Shown: positions 39,953-55,700, counted from the stretch's first letter. The stretch is DNA of 64,000 bases from Mytilus trossulus (GCF_036588685.1 NC_086386.1:21452001-21516000), one strand, 5' to 3'. Numbers and translations are program-made. Notes: generated by a model from the sequence alone, not told the origin.

Positions 39953-40197
39953 ATTCTTTACATAGTGCGCTAGTCACCTAATACGATATATATTGGGTCA
40001 GTAAATTCCATATGGGGATTCGAGCTTCGCTCTCACCCCATATAAAATTTACTGAACCCATATATATTTCATTAGGTGACTAGAGCACTATGGAAATAAT
40101 AATACCCCGCCTACTAACCCTTAGGAAATTTATACGGCCTCCATGCGGTTGTGTTTAACCAATCATAGTCTAAATTAGGTATAGGAGGTAAGATATA
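39953..40197. mobile_element. Palindromic non-autonomous element (~130-bp hairpin plus CCAAT-containing tail)
   Basis: catagtgcgctagtcacctaat...attaggtgactagagcactatg. Inverted copy of the tail at 39597-39680 and an arm fragment at 39310-39336. Confidence 0.75.
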
Positions 40198-40675
40198 CGT
40201 CATCTCCATTGACAGGAGTACTGGAACCTCCCGAGGAAAAAATGTAATAAACATTGAAATTTAACATTAGGCGATGAATTGAAAAAAGTGGTAACGTCTC
40301 AGATAGGAATTTGTTTTGTGACAATGGTATATGTTGTGAATTGCAATAAAAAATATAAGATATACAAAAATAAGTTGACAGGAAATGGCTGAACTAGCTA
40401 AAAATATACGAAAAACCTATTTGGACAGACATAAAGATACCGTTGGCATGGACATGAATTAGACATCTACAGTCAGAAAAAAACAATTATAACATGCAAA
40501 TTGTACAAATAAATAACAATATCTAATAACAATATCGATGATATAACTGTCTTTATCTGTGCTCTTTTTCAACAACTTTTACTGTTCATTTCGGTTACAC
40601 ATCACAATTTCTTTTAATACTGATGTATGTGACAAAGTGGCGAGCGCAAACTCTGACTTTCATCCTATCTCGACT

Positions 40676-40797
40676 TTATGTTCTTGTAATTGATGGTAGT
40701 GGTTGATTTTTATTTTCATCCAGAGGTGGAAGCGAGTTATTCTTTTCTTTTGGCGTCTGTATATCAACTACGACCTTTGGAGATGATGGATCGATCG
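40676..40797 (-). CDS. Gene B exon 11 (IDPSSPKVVVDI...QPLPSITRT*)
   Basis: ttgttacag acceptor, phase 1; C-terminal motif resembles gene A KPLPPI. Confidence 0.78.
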
Positions 40798-43700
40798 CTG
40801 TAACAATTATCATTAAGAGTGAAATTATATTGTTTCAGATCATTACAATACTTAAACAAGTGTTTGAACTTGTTTCGCATCTACAATACAGTTTATTAAA
40901 GTGTATTGGGATTGTATGTCATTTGATCGTAGTTTAGACCTACCGTTTACAAACATTAAGCATGTGAACAACAATACCAAATACATCTGATATTGAAGGA
41001 ATGACTTTAATAATTTGTCTGTCTATGAAGAAATAACATAAAACATTTGGTGCACACTGAATAACGCTCGTAGCGGGTTATTAACAGAGTGCACCACATT
41101 TTGTATGTTATTTCGAATAGACAGGAAATATATTACAGTCATTTCTTATAATTTAATTCTAAACTCCATTTTAAAAAATAGAAAACCATGAAAAAACGTT
41201 GATGAGGTCACAGTCACATTACTAAATTATGTCTATGGGCTGATAACAAAATAACGTCAGCCAATCAGAAGACGCGTTACATCCAAAATTAAATTATATA
41301 GTTGTAACATCTTTAAAAGACTAGATAAAACTATGTAAAAATGCAACTTAGTTTCAACTTCGTTTGATTTGAATTTGAATTTTATTTACTAATACTAAAT
41401 CAGTACTGAAGCTAAAATGTGTGTTCTGTTATGCCTAACATTATTTGCTAACTATAAAAACAGATTTAAATCCACTATTTTCGACATACGAAAATGTCTG
41501 TACCAAGTCAGGAATATGACAGTTGTTATTCGTGCGTTTGATGTGTTTGAGGTTCTCATTTTGCTATTTAATTAGAGACCTTCCGGTTTCTAATTTTCAT
41601 AGCTATATAGGGATTCAGATATTTTGTGATTTAACTCATTGCACTTATATGATTGATATAGATCTAAATTTTGAATCGTATTTTTTTTACAAGAAGTGTC
41701 ATTAATCTTATGAAATCATCCTCCTAAATAAATATTTTGTTTTATCTACCAAAATGAATTATAGATGAGGGTATGTCTATTATTAGTACCAAATACCAAA
41801 ACACAGTTTATTAAAATGATATAACAGGTGTAAGGGAATACATATAAGGATAAGAATATCACATTAAAAGTTAGTCGTAGTACATTTAGGGTTTTAAATT
41901 ATTAAGCTTTACGATATAAATAGAAGATGTGGTATAACTGCAAATGAAACAACTCTTCCAAATGACACAGAAAGTAACAACCGTAACTATAGGTCACGTT
42001 TTAATGTAGATGAAAACCGGTCAGAACCAAAGCCCTATAATAGTGTGCTTTTAAATTAAAAAAAAAAAACCTATTGTGATATGTTTTTTTTTCTTTAAAA
42101 TATATAAAACCTCAGACAGTGCGAAAATGTTAGAGCTGTAACCAAAGAAGGTGTTCTACCTGATGTTTATAGATAAAACTAAGGCATATTGAAATGTTAC
42201 ATTTAAACAAGCTGATAAATAGTGATAAACAGTGTCAATATCTGCTTTAATCTTACTATATTTTTCATGTTATACACGTTCATATTTGTAATTTAATCCA
42301 ATAAGTTTTCATCGATTAACTTCATTAGCCGAAACTGATACTGTTATTATTATAACCATTAATACTTAAATAATGATTTAATTCAATACTACAAATACAT
42401 ACATTTACTCACACCCTAACGCCATTAGTCTTGGATTCATCGTCTTTTTGGATTAAAAATTACATTAATTTTGTTATTACTCATTCATCTTCAATTAGTG
42501 AGTAACTTAATAAAGTAAATGTGTTGACCGAAAATAAGCTTGCTTTTTGATATATCAATCTATACTTTTTTCTAATTAAACGAGTTGATAGGAACTTGTC
42601 AATTCTTCATTAAGATTACAAAAACTGCAAATGGGCTCAAATCTACATCCACGTAAAAATAATAACACAAATGAATTGGTGTTATAATTCACAACATCAA
42701 TATTTGAGAGAAAAACATATGATCTAACTTATGCATGCAATTTCATAAAAATAAACTAATACGTACAGCGCTTAATTTTCTTTACAAAAATAATCAGAAA
42801 GAACGTTGAAAACAATAAACGTGTCTTTGTAGATAATATTTTAAAAAATAAATGGGGAAATATTCATTGAAAAATAAAACTTAATTGAGTGAATATGACC
42901 AACAAACGAATTGATAAACATTAGTGTATATGACCCAGCTGCCCTTTTGAGTTTTAAACGAACAGTGTTGTCATTCTATGCTGTTGTTTTGTTTGTCCAC
43001 CGAATTGAAAAAATATATATGTGTTACTTTACCACGGAAGGTAGTCCTACTGACCATGTCGTAACATGGTTCAACAAATATTAGTCCTTCATTATTTACT
43101 ACAAAGTATATATTTACATCTTCAACAAACATGACATCAAACTATACTACCGTTTTGCAAACGGAATTAATAACACGTCTACACTTTTAGTAAACAATGA
43201 ACACATACAACAAATACAGGAAGTACAAAGATCGTGTGTCGTGTCAGTTGCAACTTACAACACATAATAAGGAATGGAATACAAAGGGTAAACTTGGTGG
43301 TCCTCAACAATACTCAATTTACCTATGGTAGATTCAAATATAATACTACGTCTGTTATTTCTTTCAGTGGACGATCCATCTATTAAGAATTGTCCATAAA
43401 CGTGATGTATAAACAATTTATTAACAATGGTAAGGTTTGATATTATTGGAATCAAATGTTTGAATTCTTATTTTATTACTGATTGATACAACTTGTTACA
43501 GGAAATGAAAAAAGCTTTTTGAAATATGTTCAAAGACAATAATTTCAAAATATAATGTCGAAAGGTGTCAAATTATTTTTATTTTAAATGAATTGATATA
43601 TGAGGAAAATAAACTAATGGTTCCAGGTCAATATCGATTAATTGATTTCAGTGCTAAAGAATTTTGTTAACGAATTATAATTTGATGTTCTGTGATCTTC

Positions 43701-46700
43701 AATGGCTGCTGTCACTTTAACGTATAACATAATGGTCCTTCTATTATTCAATCATAAAAAGTTATTTCCAATTTATTTCTTACCGTCAAAACCTTAATCT
43801 AGCAATTGGTGACAGAAGAACAGTTTACCTTACTTAGAATATCGACCCAGTTTCAAGCTTCAAAATGCATGAATGCTTCAATAATTTCTTATTTGGTACA
43901 TTGTTAATATGCACGCTTGTAATTTGATATATCATTTACCTGGTTTTTCGGCATTTTCCTCTGATCCATTCTGTACTTTTGATTTTTGCCACGGGAACGG
44001 TTTTTTCTTATATTTATGGTAAAATATAAATCCACCAATAGCTCCCGCTATTAAAAGGATTAGTACAACAACTACGCCAGCTATAATTCCTACATTAGAT
44101 GAGGAGGACGCGGCCGATGCTGTCGTAAATGCTGTATAAACAGTAAAAAAACTAACTTCTAAATATGCACAAACCTTGAGTAATGGTTAAAAAAATGGGT
44201 ATATTATTAAAACAAATACACTTAAAAAATTTCAACAAATTTTAATTTAAATAAAGGAATAATAATATCTTGAAGGTATGTGTTTTACATGAAAATTTTA
44301 TGTTGGTTATTTGTTAGTAATATTTTTCCAATTGCGCAAATTTATAAACGTAAATCTTTTAAAGTTTACTAGAATATTCCTTTTGACATTTTTATTTACA
44401 TACAAGATGAAGAAAACAGAACAAAAATCATGATTTACTTACGACAGGTTTCTGGAAAAGAAAAAGACAAATATATTAGATAATTGTAGCTATCAACATG
44501 ATCAAATAAGACATAAAAAGAGCAATACACACACAAATACATGTACATAAAAGTACGTCCAAATCTAACATTATGCAATATATAGATATCTGTGTGTGAC
44601 TATAAAAGCTTTCAATTGGTAAATGAAATAAGTATCGGATCGTTCAAAACGGTGATGCTACAAAAACAGGAATAAAATATGAAAAAAACATTATGAAGAT
44701 TTGCTACAATAAAACTGATCTATAAAAAAAATCATATACAAATCGGATGAATGAAATCATATAGACAAATATATGTCGGCGCAAATGCCATTCTTCCTTG
44801 TTATAATCTTCGAATTCTGTACAAATTATCTTTCAACTGTTCCTCAAATTTGATTATCAGTAATTCAAAACAAACAGTGGACCTATTTTACGATGTTGTG
44901 ATACTTGGATCTAAGGGCAATGTTTTGTTTATACGACGAAACACGATCGACCCTGTCTTTTAATTGTTTGTCATTCACTTCTGATTCGCTGTTTTAATGT
45001 TTGAAATTTGCCGAGTCAATTGATCTCTACATGAGTTTTGAATGTCCCCTTAGTATCTCTTCCTCCTGTCCCTTTTTTTGTAAGGAGAATGCATAAAAAA
45101 TGTATTGGTAAAACTAAAATAGTTGTACTTATGACAATGGGAATACCAATAGAACAATGACTAAAAACCATTAATGATCAAACTATGTGTATGCTGACAT
45201 TAAATATTGCCTACCGTAAGCTGATAGCGATATTACAACACTTGATGAATCTGATGTATTGGTAGTGGCGGACTGTCCCTTTACACAGCTTCCTGTATTG
45301 GAGCTGACTGAAGAACCTGATACAGCCTAAAATTATTTTACATAAAATAGTTATAAAAATATCTTGACGGAATTATCAACCTAATTGCCTGACATAAAGT
45401 GAACGGTTGTTATGTATTAACATTTGTCTTGGCGTTACAAGATATGAGTTAATTAGGTATATTGGTTATAGAATCCGTTAATATATTTATCTCGAAACTT
45501 GCATTGCATATTCAAATATAGCTATGATAAGTGCATATAGTATTGCTTTTGACATTTGGAAATGTAATTATTGTTGTGACAAAGCTCAACATATGTTAGA
45601 TGTGTTGTTAGTTTATATATTTAATTATCATATGAATATAATTACCAAACAGGTGAATCTTTTACTCGTAGACGAATCTGCATTGATAATGATAACATAA
45701 CTAGTAGATCCAGAAGTAACGTATTTTGTGGCGTAAAACTCACCACCGGCTGCAATAAAAGAAATACTATATTGTCATTCAGATTGAATTAAAAATAAGT
45801 AAAACAACAGTTGTAATAGAAACTGTGTTCTCTTTAAACTTATTACGTGGTTTTTATGGCATTTTTCTAGCACTTTTATGCAGGTTTTTGTTTGTCTTTT
45901 CTGATGTTCTCTCCGCCATATTTCTATTGATTTGTCGTCAACTCAAGCTAACTCATGGATTAAGAATTACCCATGGTATCTTTTCTGTTTTTGTTTTGAA
46001 CTAAGGTATCTAAATCACAGGCATGTAGTATTGTAACTTTACAAAACATTATCAAATGAGCACAGAAAAGGACACTTTTTTTAATATATATATTTTTATT
46101 TTCCTATCATTCCAAAGTCTCATCTACAAATACAGATGTAATAAGTATCAATATCTGACCATTTTCTTTTTATCTTATTACTTTATTTTTCGAACACAAC
46201 TTATAGAGCCCATGTCAATCCTATGATAATATCTAAGCCATTCAATTGCTTCAGTTACAGTAGACTGTAAATCTTACTAGACATATTAGTAAATATATAT
46301 TTTCAATATCGGAATACATGTATTACAAATATCTTTAAATACATGATATGTTATCATTCAAGATTATACCTGATAAAGATGGGTAAAAATGATACTACAT
46401 AAAACCTCCAATTTAAAAAAAAAAGTTAAATCTGATTGTTCGAATATATCCTCATTCAAAAAGATATGTATAGATGTTTCTTTTGTTTCTGTACAAAACG
46501 TGCACAGTTCTGTTTCACATTTCATAAGTTAAGTAATATTTGTTCCTAGAGTTCTATGCAGCAATCTACATTGAAATGCCCTCAATGAGGGATCATTGGT
46601 TATAAGTAAATGAAGACTAAAAAAACTCCATTCTTTAGCCACAATATCGATTCCTAGTTTTATTTTTTTCATTTTGCTTGTATGAGAGATGGAGTTTCCT

Positions 46701-49700
46701 TCATTGATAAGGTGACTTTTATATAAACTTTAAAAGTCTCATTTTCATTCAAGTATTCTATATTTTGAAGATGTATGTGTACTGAACTAGAACTTTTTTA
46801 AGCACACACTGTATTCACACTAAAATATATTTTATCTACTACTGCATCGAATGTTCTATGATATTTCACAACTCGGGGAGGTTCAACTCACAAGAAAAAA
46901 CGCTAGGTTCATCGATCGTTCTAAACATTCAAATTTTAAATGGTTTTATTTCTTTTTTTCTAATAATCTGTAAAGATATGTGTTCTCTCTTTGTCACGAT
47001 ATCAGACATTATCGCCTTTTTCGTGCCTTCACAAAAGAAAATTCAGAAGAAAGCAAGAAAAGTTGACATCATAATTAATTTTTGATCGATATTGAACTGA
47101 GATCAAATAAACCACAAGTGAATTAGATAAAACCATACTCTTATTATTAACAGGCCAGGAAAGTGATCAATCAGCTTTATAAGATTAAGAGAATGCCTTT
47201 TAAGAAATATTTTACGATATAAAAAATAAATAGGATATAAGACAACAAATACGCCAAATTGAAAGGTGAATTTTTTTAACAATACATAGAGAAAAAAACC
47301 CACATATGTTTGTTCTAGAACGATCGTTTTATGGATTTGGTGTCTCAATAATGTGTTTTAATCATTTCCTAAATGCATAAGAAAACAATAAAAGCACGAA
47401 AGCAGTATAAGAGACAAGCTAATTATCGGCAGTGACTAAACAATAAGAACTAAACAGTGGCTGTTAGCAACAACAAAAAATGGTTTCAACTAAGCTGTAT
47501 AAGGATTCGATGAGAAAAAAATAACGTTAGATACCAATTAAAATGCTTAAAACATTTCGGAAGTATCATTCAACAGGTTCGCTTCCAAATAAAGACAACA
47601 AAACAAGAACATAATAGAGTATTTTTTGGATAAAATTAATCGTGTCTTTACAGAATGGTATAGTTGAACAAATCTAACTATTGAAAATTCGCTGTAATAT
47701 TGCAGTCGTGACACGTCCATTAATTTTGTTATGTCAAAATAAGAACTTGTGACGTCTGTATCTTGACAAACGCTGAGATGTTCCAAACTTTAATATACTT
47801 ACTAGAACCAAACATTTGTGTACTACATTGAGTATAGTTAAATGAAATCGTTGTTCTATTTGTACAAGCATCCCATACAGAACCAGAACCACAAAAGACG
47901 GAGGATGAGGCATCTGTCACTGTGTAAGCGTAAACTCCCAGCAGCGCATCAGGGAACCATTGCTTAACGTCTGCCTGATGATCTGGAAAAAAAACCGTAA
48001 CATTTACTGAATTAGTATACGGTTGGTGTCATTGATGATGTATAAATGCCTATAGCATGCTTAACATTTTTGTATAAATTAACAGTCGTAATCTTGTAAA
48101 CCATTATATAATTAAGAGGCTGTCCAAGTAAATATCAGGCAAATCCTGTGATATGGGTGGCACATCATAATTTTATTCCCACTAAATTTTTGGTTCCGAT
48201 GCAATGTTTATATCATACAAAGGCTATATATGTCAAAGATATTTCTGAATCAACTGTGGATGGCTCAGAAAATGATTTTAAAGTTCACTAACAATGCAAC
48301 ACAATTTTGTACAAAATGAAGAGTTATCTCCCCTTTTCAATGAATTTTCAGTGCTTTCTATGTATTTTTTTCTCTTTATTTGTTGCAGTTAATAGAAAAA
48401 CAAAATTCAACTTTCAGAAAGAATGAATTTATGATATGAAATAGATGAAATCATTTTAAAAACAAAATATGTCTTGTGCCATCCACTGCCTGGTTTTTCC
48501 ATGGACACCCTCTTAAAAACACTATTGTGTAACTCTAAAAAACATGATAAAAACTAAATAAAGTCACCATCTTTGTCTTTTTTTATTATTTTTTCTTGTT
48601 GAAATTTTGACCGAATGTAAGAGAATGTGGATTTACAAATTTTATAACGTAACTAAATATAGAAACAAGGAAAAGTGCTAATACCTGCAAATATTGTAAA
48701 ATAAAGTGAACGTATAGTAAGGTAGAACAAGATTTATGACAAGCAGAATAATTTAAAAAGAATAAGAGCCTCAAACATTTTGTAGATCAGCAGTTGATTG
48801 GTGTCATAACAACTAGTTCTTCCGAGGCTTACGATCAAGAAAATAACACCAACTTGGAAGCAAATGACTGAATCAATTTAAAGGATGAGAACTTACTCTC
48901 TTTCACTAAAACATGGAATTCCTCAGCACTTGGTCCGGAGGTTGGATTACATACTGAGCTTATTGTTACTCCAGCATTTGCAACAGATTCTTCAATGAAT
49001 GATATCCGCGTATCGGCTGCGTTTTCTTCCGTATCTAGAAAAAGACAAATATACCTTAAACGTAATCTGACGTAAATGAAAAAAAAACTAGTTTCTTCGT
49101 TTAATTCTTTAGCTTCACTGATAAAACACAATATATCTTCAAATACACATTCACATAATAGGAATTAATAACAATGAAAAATGTTTAAAAGAAATTTTAA
49201 AGATGGGTTAGCGCTATAAAACAGGGTTTAAAAAGTAAAATCACAAAAATACTGAACTCAGAGGAAAATCAATTAGGAAAGTCCATCATTTTCTACATTT
49301 GAAAATGCCTGTACCAAGTCAGGAATATGACAGTTCTTGTCCATTCGTTTTAGATGCTTTTTGTTATTTGACTTTGCCATGTGATTATGGAACTTTCCGA
49401 ATTGATTTTCCTTTTAGCTCAGTATTTTTGTGATTTTACTTTTTAATTAAAGGTTAGTCTTTAGTGTTCTGTGTTTTGTAAATTGTTGTTTGTCTCTTTT
49501 GGCCTTTTTCTTCTTTTGAAGAAATGGGAAATACATATTCGACTTTATCAGTAAGAATGTTCTATTGTCATCTTTCGCCTCTCGTTTGTACGCCATATGT
49601 CTTATAAAATTCGTATATTTGTTCTGTTGTCAATGAGTTGATCAAATAACATGTATTATTTTTTCTTAGCAATTTTATTCTATTTAATTATCCCTTATAC

Positions 49701-52700
49701 AAAAACAGTGTGGCAAAGAATAAACTAACATGAGATCGATCTATTTGATGATAGTTTTAGGATGAAAATTATACATATAAACTATTCGAAAGTTACAAAT
49801 CTATAAAAACAAAATGGACGCGTATATATATCATTTTGTAAAAGGGACACGTTTTAACTCTGTCTCACTACAATTCAACATCTAGATGTACTCAGATGTT
49901 TTTGCAGGACCTAACAAAGAGAAACAGAAGTACAACAAAAATATATGTATACTCACTAGAATCAAGATAATAATAATAACTGTAGTCTGTTATTTTAGTA
50001 TATCTCACACAATAAAATCCGTAATATTTAGGTCCATAAATTTCTTCACTGTTGGTACTCCTGTAAGTATAGTTCGGTCATTATGAAGATTAAAACAAAA
50101 CAAATAATCATTCATAACCGACAATTAATAATAGTATGCATGTACTAGAAAGTATTGAAGAATGAACAATGAACCATAGTAAGGAGAACATCAATACATG
50201 TATGATAAATTGAATCAGCGATTTACTTCAAGATTAGACATGGTAATTATACTGGAAGTGCACCAACAAAAACTTAATAATACGTGGGTTTTTTTCTCTA
50301 TAACGTAAACATTTCCACACTAGATCGATTGTTTTGGTTTTGTATTATTTAGTTAAAATCGTGTTCTAATTTTTTTGACATTTACTATTTTTAATCAAAA
50401 ACAAGACGAAAAATGCAACATAAAAACGTTATGAAAGTCATCAAATATCTAATTACAAAAACTATAATCTTAATTTAACATTGATTGCACACAAGCAGTT
50501 GTTTTATGGGACTTGATCAATAAGAATGACATATTAAATATATATTCTATAAATTGTCATTCCAATTGCTATTTGTGTGTCTTAATCAAAAAATGATTTT
50601 TTTCATTTAACAATGTCCATAATTTGAAATGAATAAGAAAACACACTAAATATTACTTTTTCTCTTTTTCATGGATACACGGTTTGTACGACAGACAGAA
50701 GAGCGTGACGTCTACACAAGATTCATCATTGACGTGTGAAGCAAGCGAAAATAGCCAGACAACGTATGAACTTAAAGATTATTGAGAACCTGATGAGATA
50801 CTTGTTTGGCAATATTATAACTTTCATTAAATGTTCATGATTCAGACAAATTCTTACAAATATTTAATTAAACACAATCTTCCTTAATATCTTTTGAAAA
50901 GAAGAGACTCGCTTAGATTTCATGGCTATAGGTCATCGTTCGGCCTTTAAAAATAAGCAAAGTCTTTACCACTTAGTCAGGAATTATGTTATGTCATGTT
51001 AAAACACAAATCAAGAAAAAATACTATAATAAGATAAAGTCTTTTAAGACAGACAGCTAGATACCATAAACATACTACGTAAACACAAGCCAGAGTCTGA
51101 GCTTGATTTGCTATATGATATAAAAACTAAACTGACGAAAAAAGGTCATTTATTCAAAATCATAAAATGCAAAAAATACATTTTGCAAATAAAACATTTG
51201 ACATAAAAGTTCATATTTAATATGAAATAATAATACATAATTACTACGAAATAACATCAACTAATATCATGTCAATTGAATAAATGACAAAGAATAGCAA
51301 AGGTGGGGAGAAAAACCTGCCCCATAAATAAACATATATAGTATTACATATCTATTCAAAAGATAATATAAAGGGCGGTATGTGGGTGGGAATTTTGAAC
51401 AAATTGTTTGATAAAAATCACAAGTTAACACATCAAATGCTGATGATAAAAGGAAGTGACCACAATGCACTTACACGTGAACTCGTGCTGACCCGCAATG
51501 CCATTGACCAATAAGAAAGATGATATCCGGTCATGCATTGTTCATAAAAGAAATTTCTCTGCACGTGAAAACAAGTTATCTAATTTCAACAATTTATCGT
51601 TTAATTAAGTAGGACACTCTGACCCTTTGCCCAGACTCGGGACATTATACACTTACAGTAATAATAGATCACTCTTTTATTTAAGTCGGTTAGTAATAAC
51701 CAATTAAACAGAATTATCTTCTCTGCTGTCTTAAATTATTTTATTCCGCTTAATTTTCAATTAGCAAATAAAACTGGTTTTAAGACAGACAGCTAGATAC
51801 CATAAACATACTACGTAAACACAAGCCAGAGTCTGAGCTTGATTTGCTATATGATATAAAAACTAAACTGACGAAAAAAGGTCATTTATTCAAAATCATA
51901 AAATGCAAAAAATACATTTTGCAAATAAAACATTTGACATAAAAGTTCATATTTAATATGAAATAATAATACATAATTACTACGAAATAACATCAACTAA
52001 TATCATGTCAATTGAATAAATGACAAAGAATAGCAAAGGTGGGGAGAAAAACCTGCCACAAATCCACCCTTTGGCTGAAAGAGTGGATGTGAAATCCACT
52101 CTAAGGCTAAAAGGGTGGATCCCCCCATGTATCAAAATACTGGCAATTTTGTATGAAGTTAAAGAATTGATTACAAAATTAATTTATTCCAAACCAATCA
52201 CCATGACGAAAAAATAATTAAATGTAGTTTAGCATGAGTTTCATGGCGAAGCATAAAACAATACAGAGATCATAGACCAAGCTACTACGACCTCTGCAAA
52301 AATATAACATGCGTTTCATGACGAAGCATAAAACAAAACCCACTACATATTAACTTTACAAAAGCAAATACACAAAGGTCATAGACCAAGCTACTACGAC
52401 CTCTGAAAAAGTAGCATGAGTTTCATGACGAAGCATAAAACAATACAGAGATCATAGACCAAGCTACTACGACCTCTGTAAAACCGAAGCAGCATGAGTT
52501 TCATGACGAAGCATAAAACAATACCCACTACATACTACAATATTTGCAAAAGTAAATACACAGAGGTCATAGACCAAGCTACCACAACCTCTGAGAAAAA
52601 TAATACACAGAGGACATAAGTACAAGCAACCATGCCCTCTGCGAAAATTTTAATATCGTCCACATTACCCAAAACAGGCAAAGACAGGTAAATTGGTTCG

Positions 52701-55700
52701 TAATAAATAAGCATTGGGTTGCGGTAAACATATAGGTAAGAGACATATCCTTTTTATACCGATCACATAAAGCAAACAAGGTACACTTGCATAAATTAAA
52801 ATACTAACAATTATAGCGATTAGGCTAACTTGCAAAATTATGATAAGCTCAAACCAAACTGCTGTGACGAGATTTACGAAAGTAGCATGAGTTTGTATGG
52901 TATTATTATCGTTATGCAATAACCCAATTTTTACTTGTAGTAAAATTTAAACGAATCATGTATCTTACAAATACATAAGGCGGATATACGTTCTGCAAAC
53001 ATTATGATGCTGTAAAGGATGCAGTAACTTGTAAAATTACAATCAGGTTAATCATCAGATAAATGATAAATAATTACATTTTGATCGCAAACGCATAGTG
53101 TCGGCACCCACATGAAAATCAAATTGACCCAATATCTCTTTCACAAAGAAATGAATTTGACCAACTGCTCATGTTTGGCATAAATCTATATAGTGAGTTT
53201 TATCCGAATGAAAGGATGGTTAAAAAAATTAACTGTACGTTTGTTCAAAATGTAAGCATAGAATAGCTTAAAAATAAAAGTATAGTTCGATTTTACCTGA
53301 AATAGCTAAAATGAAATCACTCCAGTCCAAAATTATCCATAAAATAAAAAACAAAATCACATATAATTTTGAACAAATTGTTTGATAAAAATCACAAGTT
53401 AACACATCAAATGCTGATGATAAAAGGAAGTGACCACAATGCACTTACACGTGAACTCGTGCTGACCCGCAATGCCATTGACCAATAAGAAAGATGATAT
53501 CCGGTCATGCATTGTTCATAAAAGAAATTTCTCTGCACGTGAAAACAAGTTATCTAATTTCAACAATTTATCGTTTAATTAAGTAGGACACTCTGACCCT
53601 TTGCCCAGACTCGGGACATTATACACTTACAGTAATAATAGATCACTCTTTTATTTAAGTCGGTTAGTAATAACCAATTAAACAGAATTATCTTCTCTGC
53701 TGTCTTAAATTATTTTATTCCGCTTAATTTTCAATTAGCAAATAAAACTGGTTATATGTCATTATTACAATTTTTACAAGTGAAATGCAGCTAGAAATAA
53801 TGAAATGTAATACCTATTTTATTCGAAAAAGTAATGCAAGAAAATGCAGAAACGTAAAACTGGAATTGTGCTAAAATTGCGGAAGCGTAATACGCCCATG
53901 TAAAAATAATTGGATTTACTATTATTACTAGTATCTAATATCAACAGTGAATACTGTTTTGTTTTAACATATAATGTTAATAAAATTGAGAATGGAAATG
54001 GGGAATGTGTCAAAGAGACAACAAGTATGTATAGGGGCGATCCGTAATTCGGCTATATTAGAACATGGCTTTTATGGATTGAATTTAGTTAACACATATT
54101 TGTTACGAGAACATTAAGTTTTGCATGTGTATTTACCGCAAAAATGTCCAATTCATAATGTTGTCCGGGGAAATAAACATGTTTACTGGTTATGGTGTCC
54201 GAATTCCAATGACGAGACGTCATTGCTGCTCTTTAACGACATGTACAATAGAAAACAATGATGGTGTTCGTTTAAGTTCTGGTACAACGGCTTCTAGTGA
54301 TAATGTCCATTAAACAATTATCGACGTAGCCCCAGTGATGCCAATTTTTTCGATTTTTTTGTTTTACCACATTCATATATATACAAAAATAAGGCGAAAT
54401 TTAACAATAAACTTGAATTTAGTAAATGGAAACAAAATTATTGAAAATGAGATTTATCTTTTTAGATTTACTATACCATAATACTTATAATTGGACTGGT
54501 TTGTTTTCTTTATGCAGAACTTACACATGTGATCAACAAATATGATATGGCTTTATGCTGATATGGAGGTCTCGGGATGATATCAGGGCCAATATTGAAA
54601 AGGGCATGTCATAATCTACAAATATTGTACAGACATAAATCATGCAAATTATGATATATGAGTGTTTCTACTTTTAAATTACATATTGGCGTGTTGTAAA
54701 TGATTCTCAAACTGCCATTGCACGAAGTATAAACAAATTAAGTTAAACCTACCTCATATTAAAGTTAAAATCACACTCTGTCCTATAGAAATTATTATAA
54801 GAGACTTACTGAAATAACCAATGAGTGCTGTCACTTTCAATGCAATTGAATATAGTCCAACTTTTGGCAAGTACTGAAACATCCCATCCAGATGAAAATT
54901 GTGAATTACTATTTGAAACTACAATAGTGCCTCGTCTACTGTCCCATATATTTCCATCCAATACCGTTGGCAGTGTGCATGCACATTCTAAAAGAAATAA
55001 GTTAACACAAATGAAGATTATCAATTTAGGGTATATTGATGACGTCAGTTTGGCAGTTCTATTTGGTTTTGTGCTATTTTTTATGGACCATTCATTTAAT
55101 ACCTTTAGATTTTTATATTTTTATGACAAAAAACGGGAGTTAAGCTCAATACTGATGATTTTCTAAAGTTATGGCGATTGATTAATTACCAAATGACGCT
55201 TTATCTCGTGTTCATGCCAAAATTTATAAACCATTATTATTATACATTTCACATTGAAAAAATTGTGTCAATGTTGAAAAACGAGATGATCACTTTTGTC
55301 GTTTAGGGAGTAAACAGTTATCATAAGTATCAGAATTACAATTTAGTACGCCAGACGAGCGTTTCGTCTACGTAAGACTCATCAGTGAACTCATTTGAGT
55401 CTTTTGTAGACGAAACGCGCGTCTTGCGTATATACTAAATTCAGTCCTGGTATCTATGGTGAGTTTATTGAAGAAACAAAACTACAATAACCAAACAAAA
55501 AACTTACTTGTTGACAGCAAGAATGACAAATTTCTATATATAACAGCATATTCATTTATCTTATCATACTTTATAGCATTTATTTTGACATAGTTTTGCA
55601 ATTGCTAATATTTATTTTATTATTTTACATAAAAAAACAAACTAAAAATAAATGAAGAGAAATTATTAAAATGATGAAACCTCTTTTGAAATTATTTCAA

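Noticed and set aside
42413-42443. Extra cytoplasmic exon of gene B (GTGAGT donor)
   Set aside because: No acceptor gives a phase 1-1 open frame.
54825-55166. Plus-strand 113-aa ORF and other short ORFs in the track
   Set aside because: Antisense shadows of real exons, or chance frames in repeats and AT-rich DNA.
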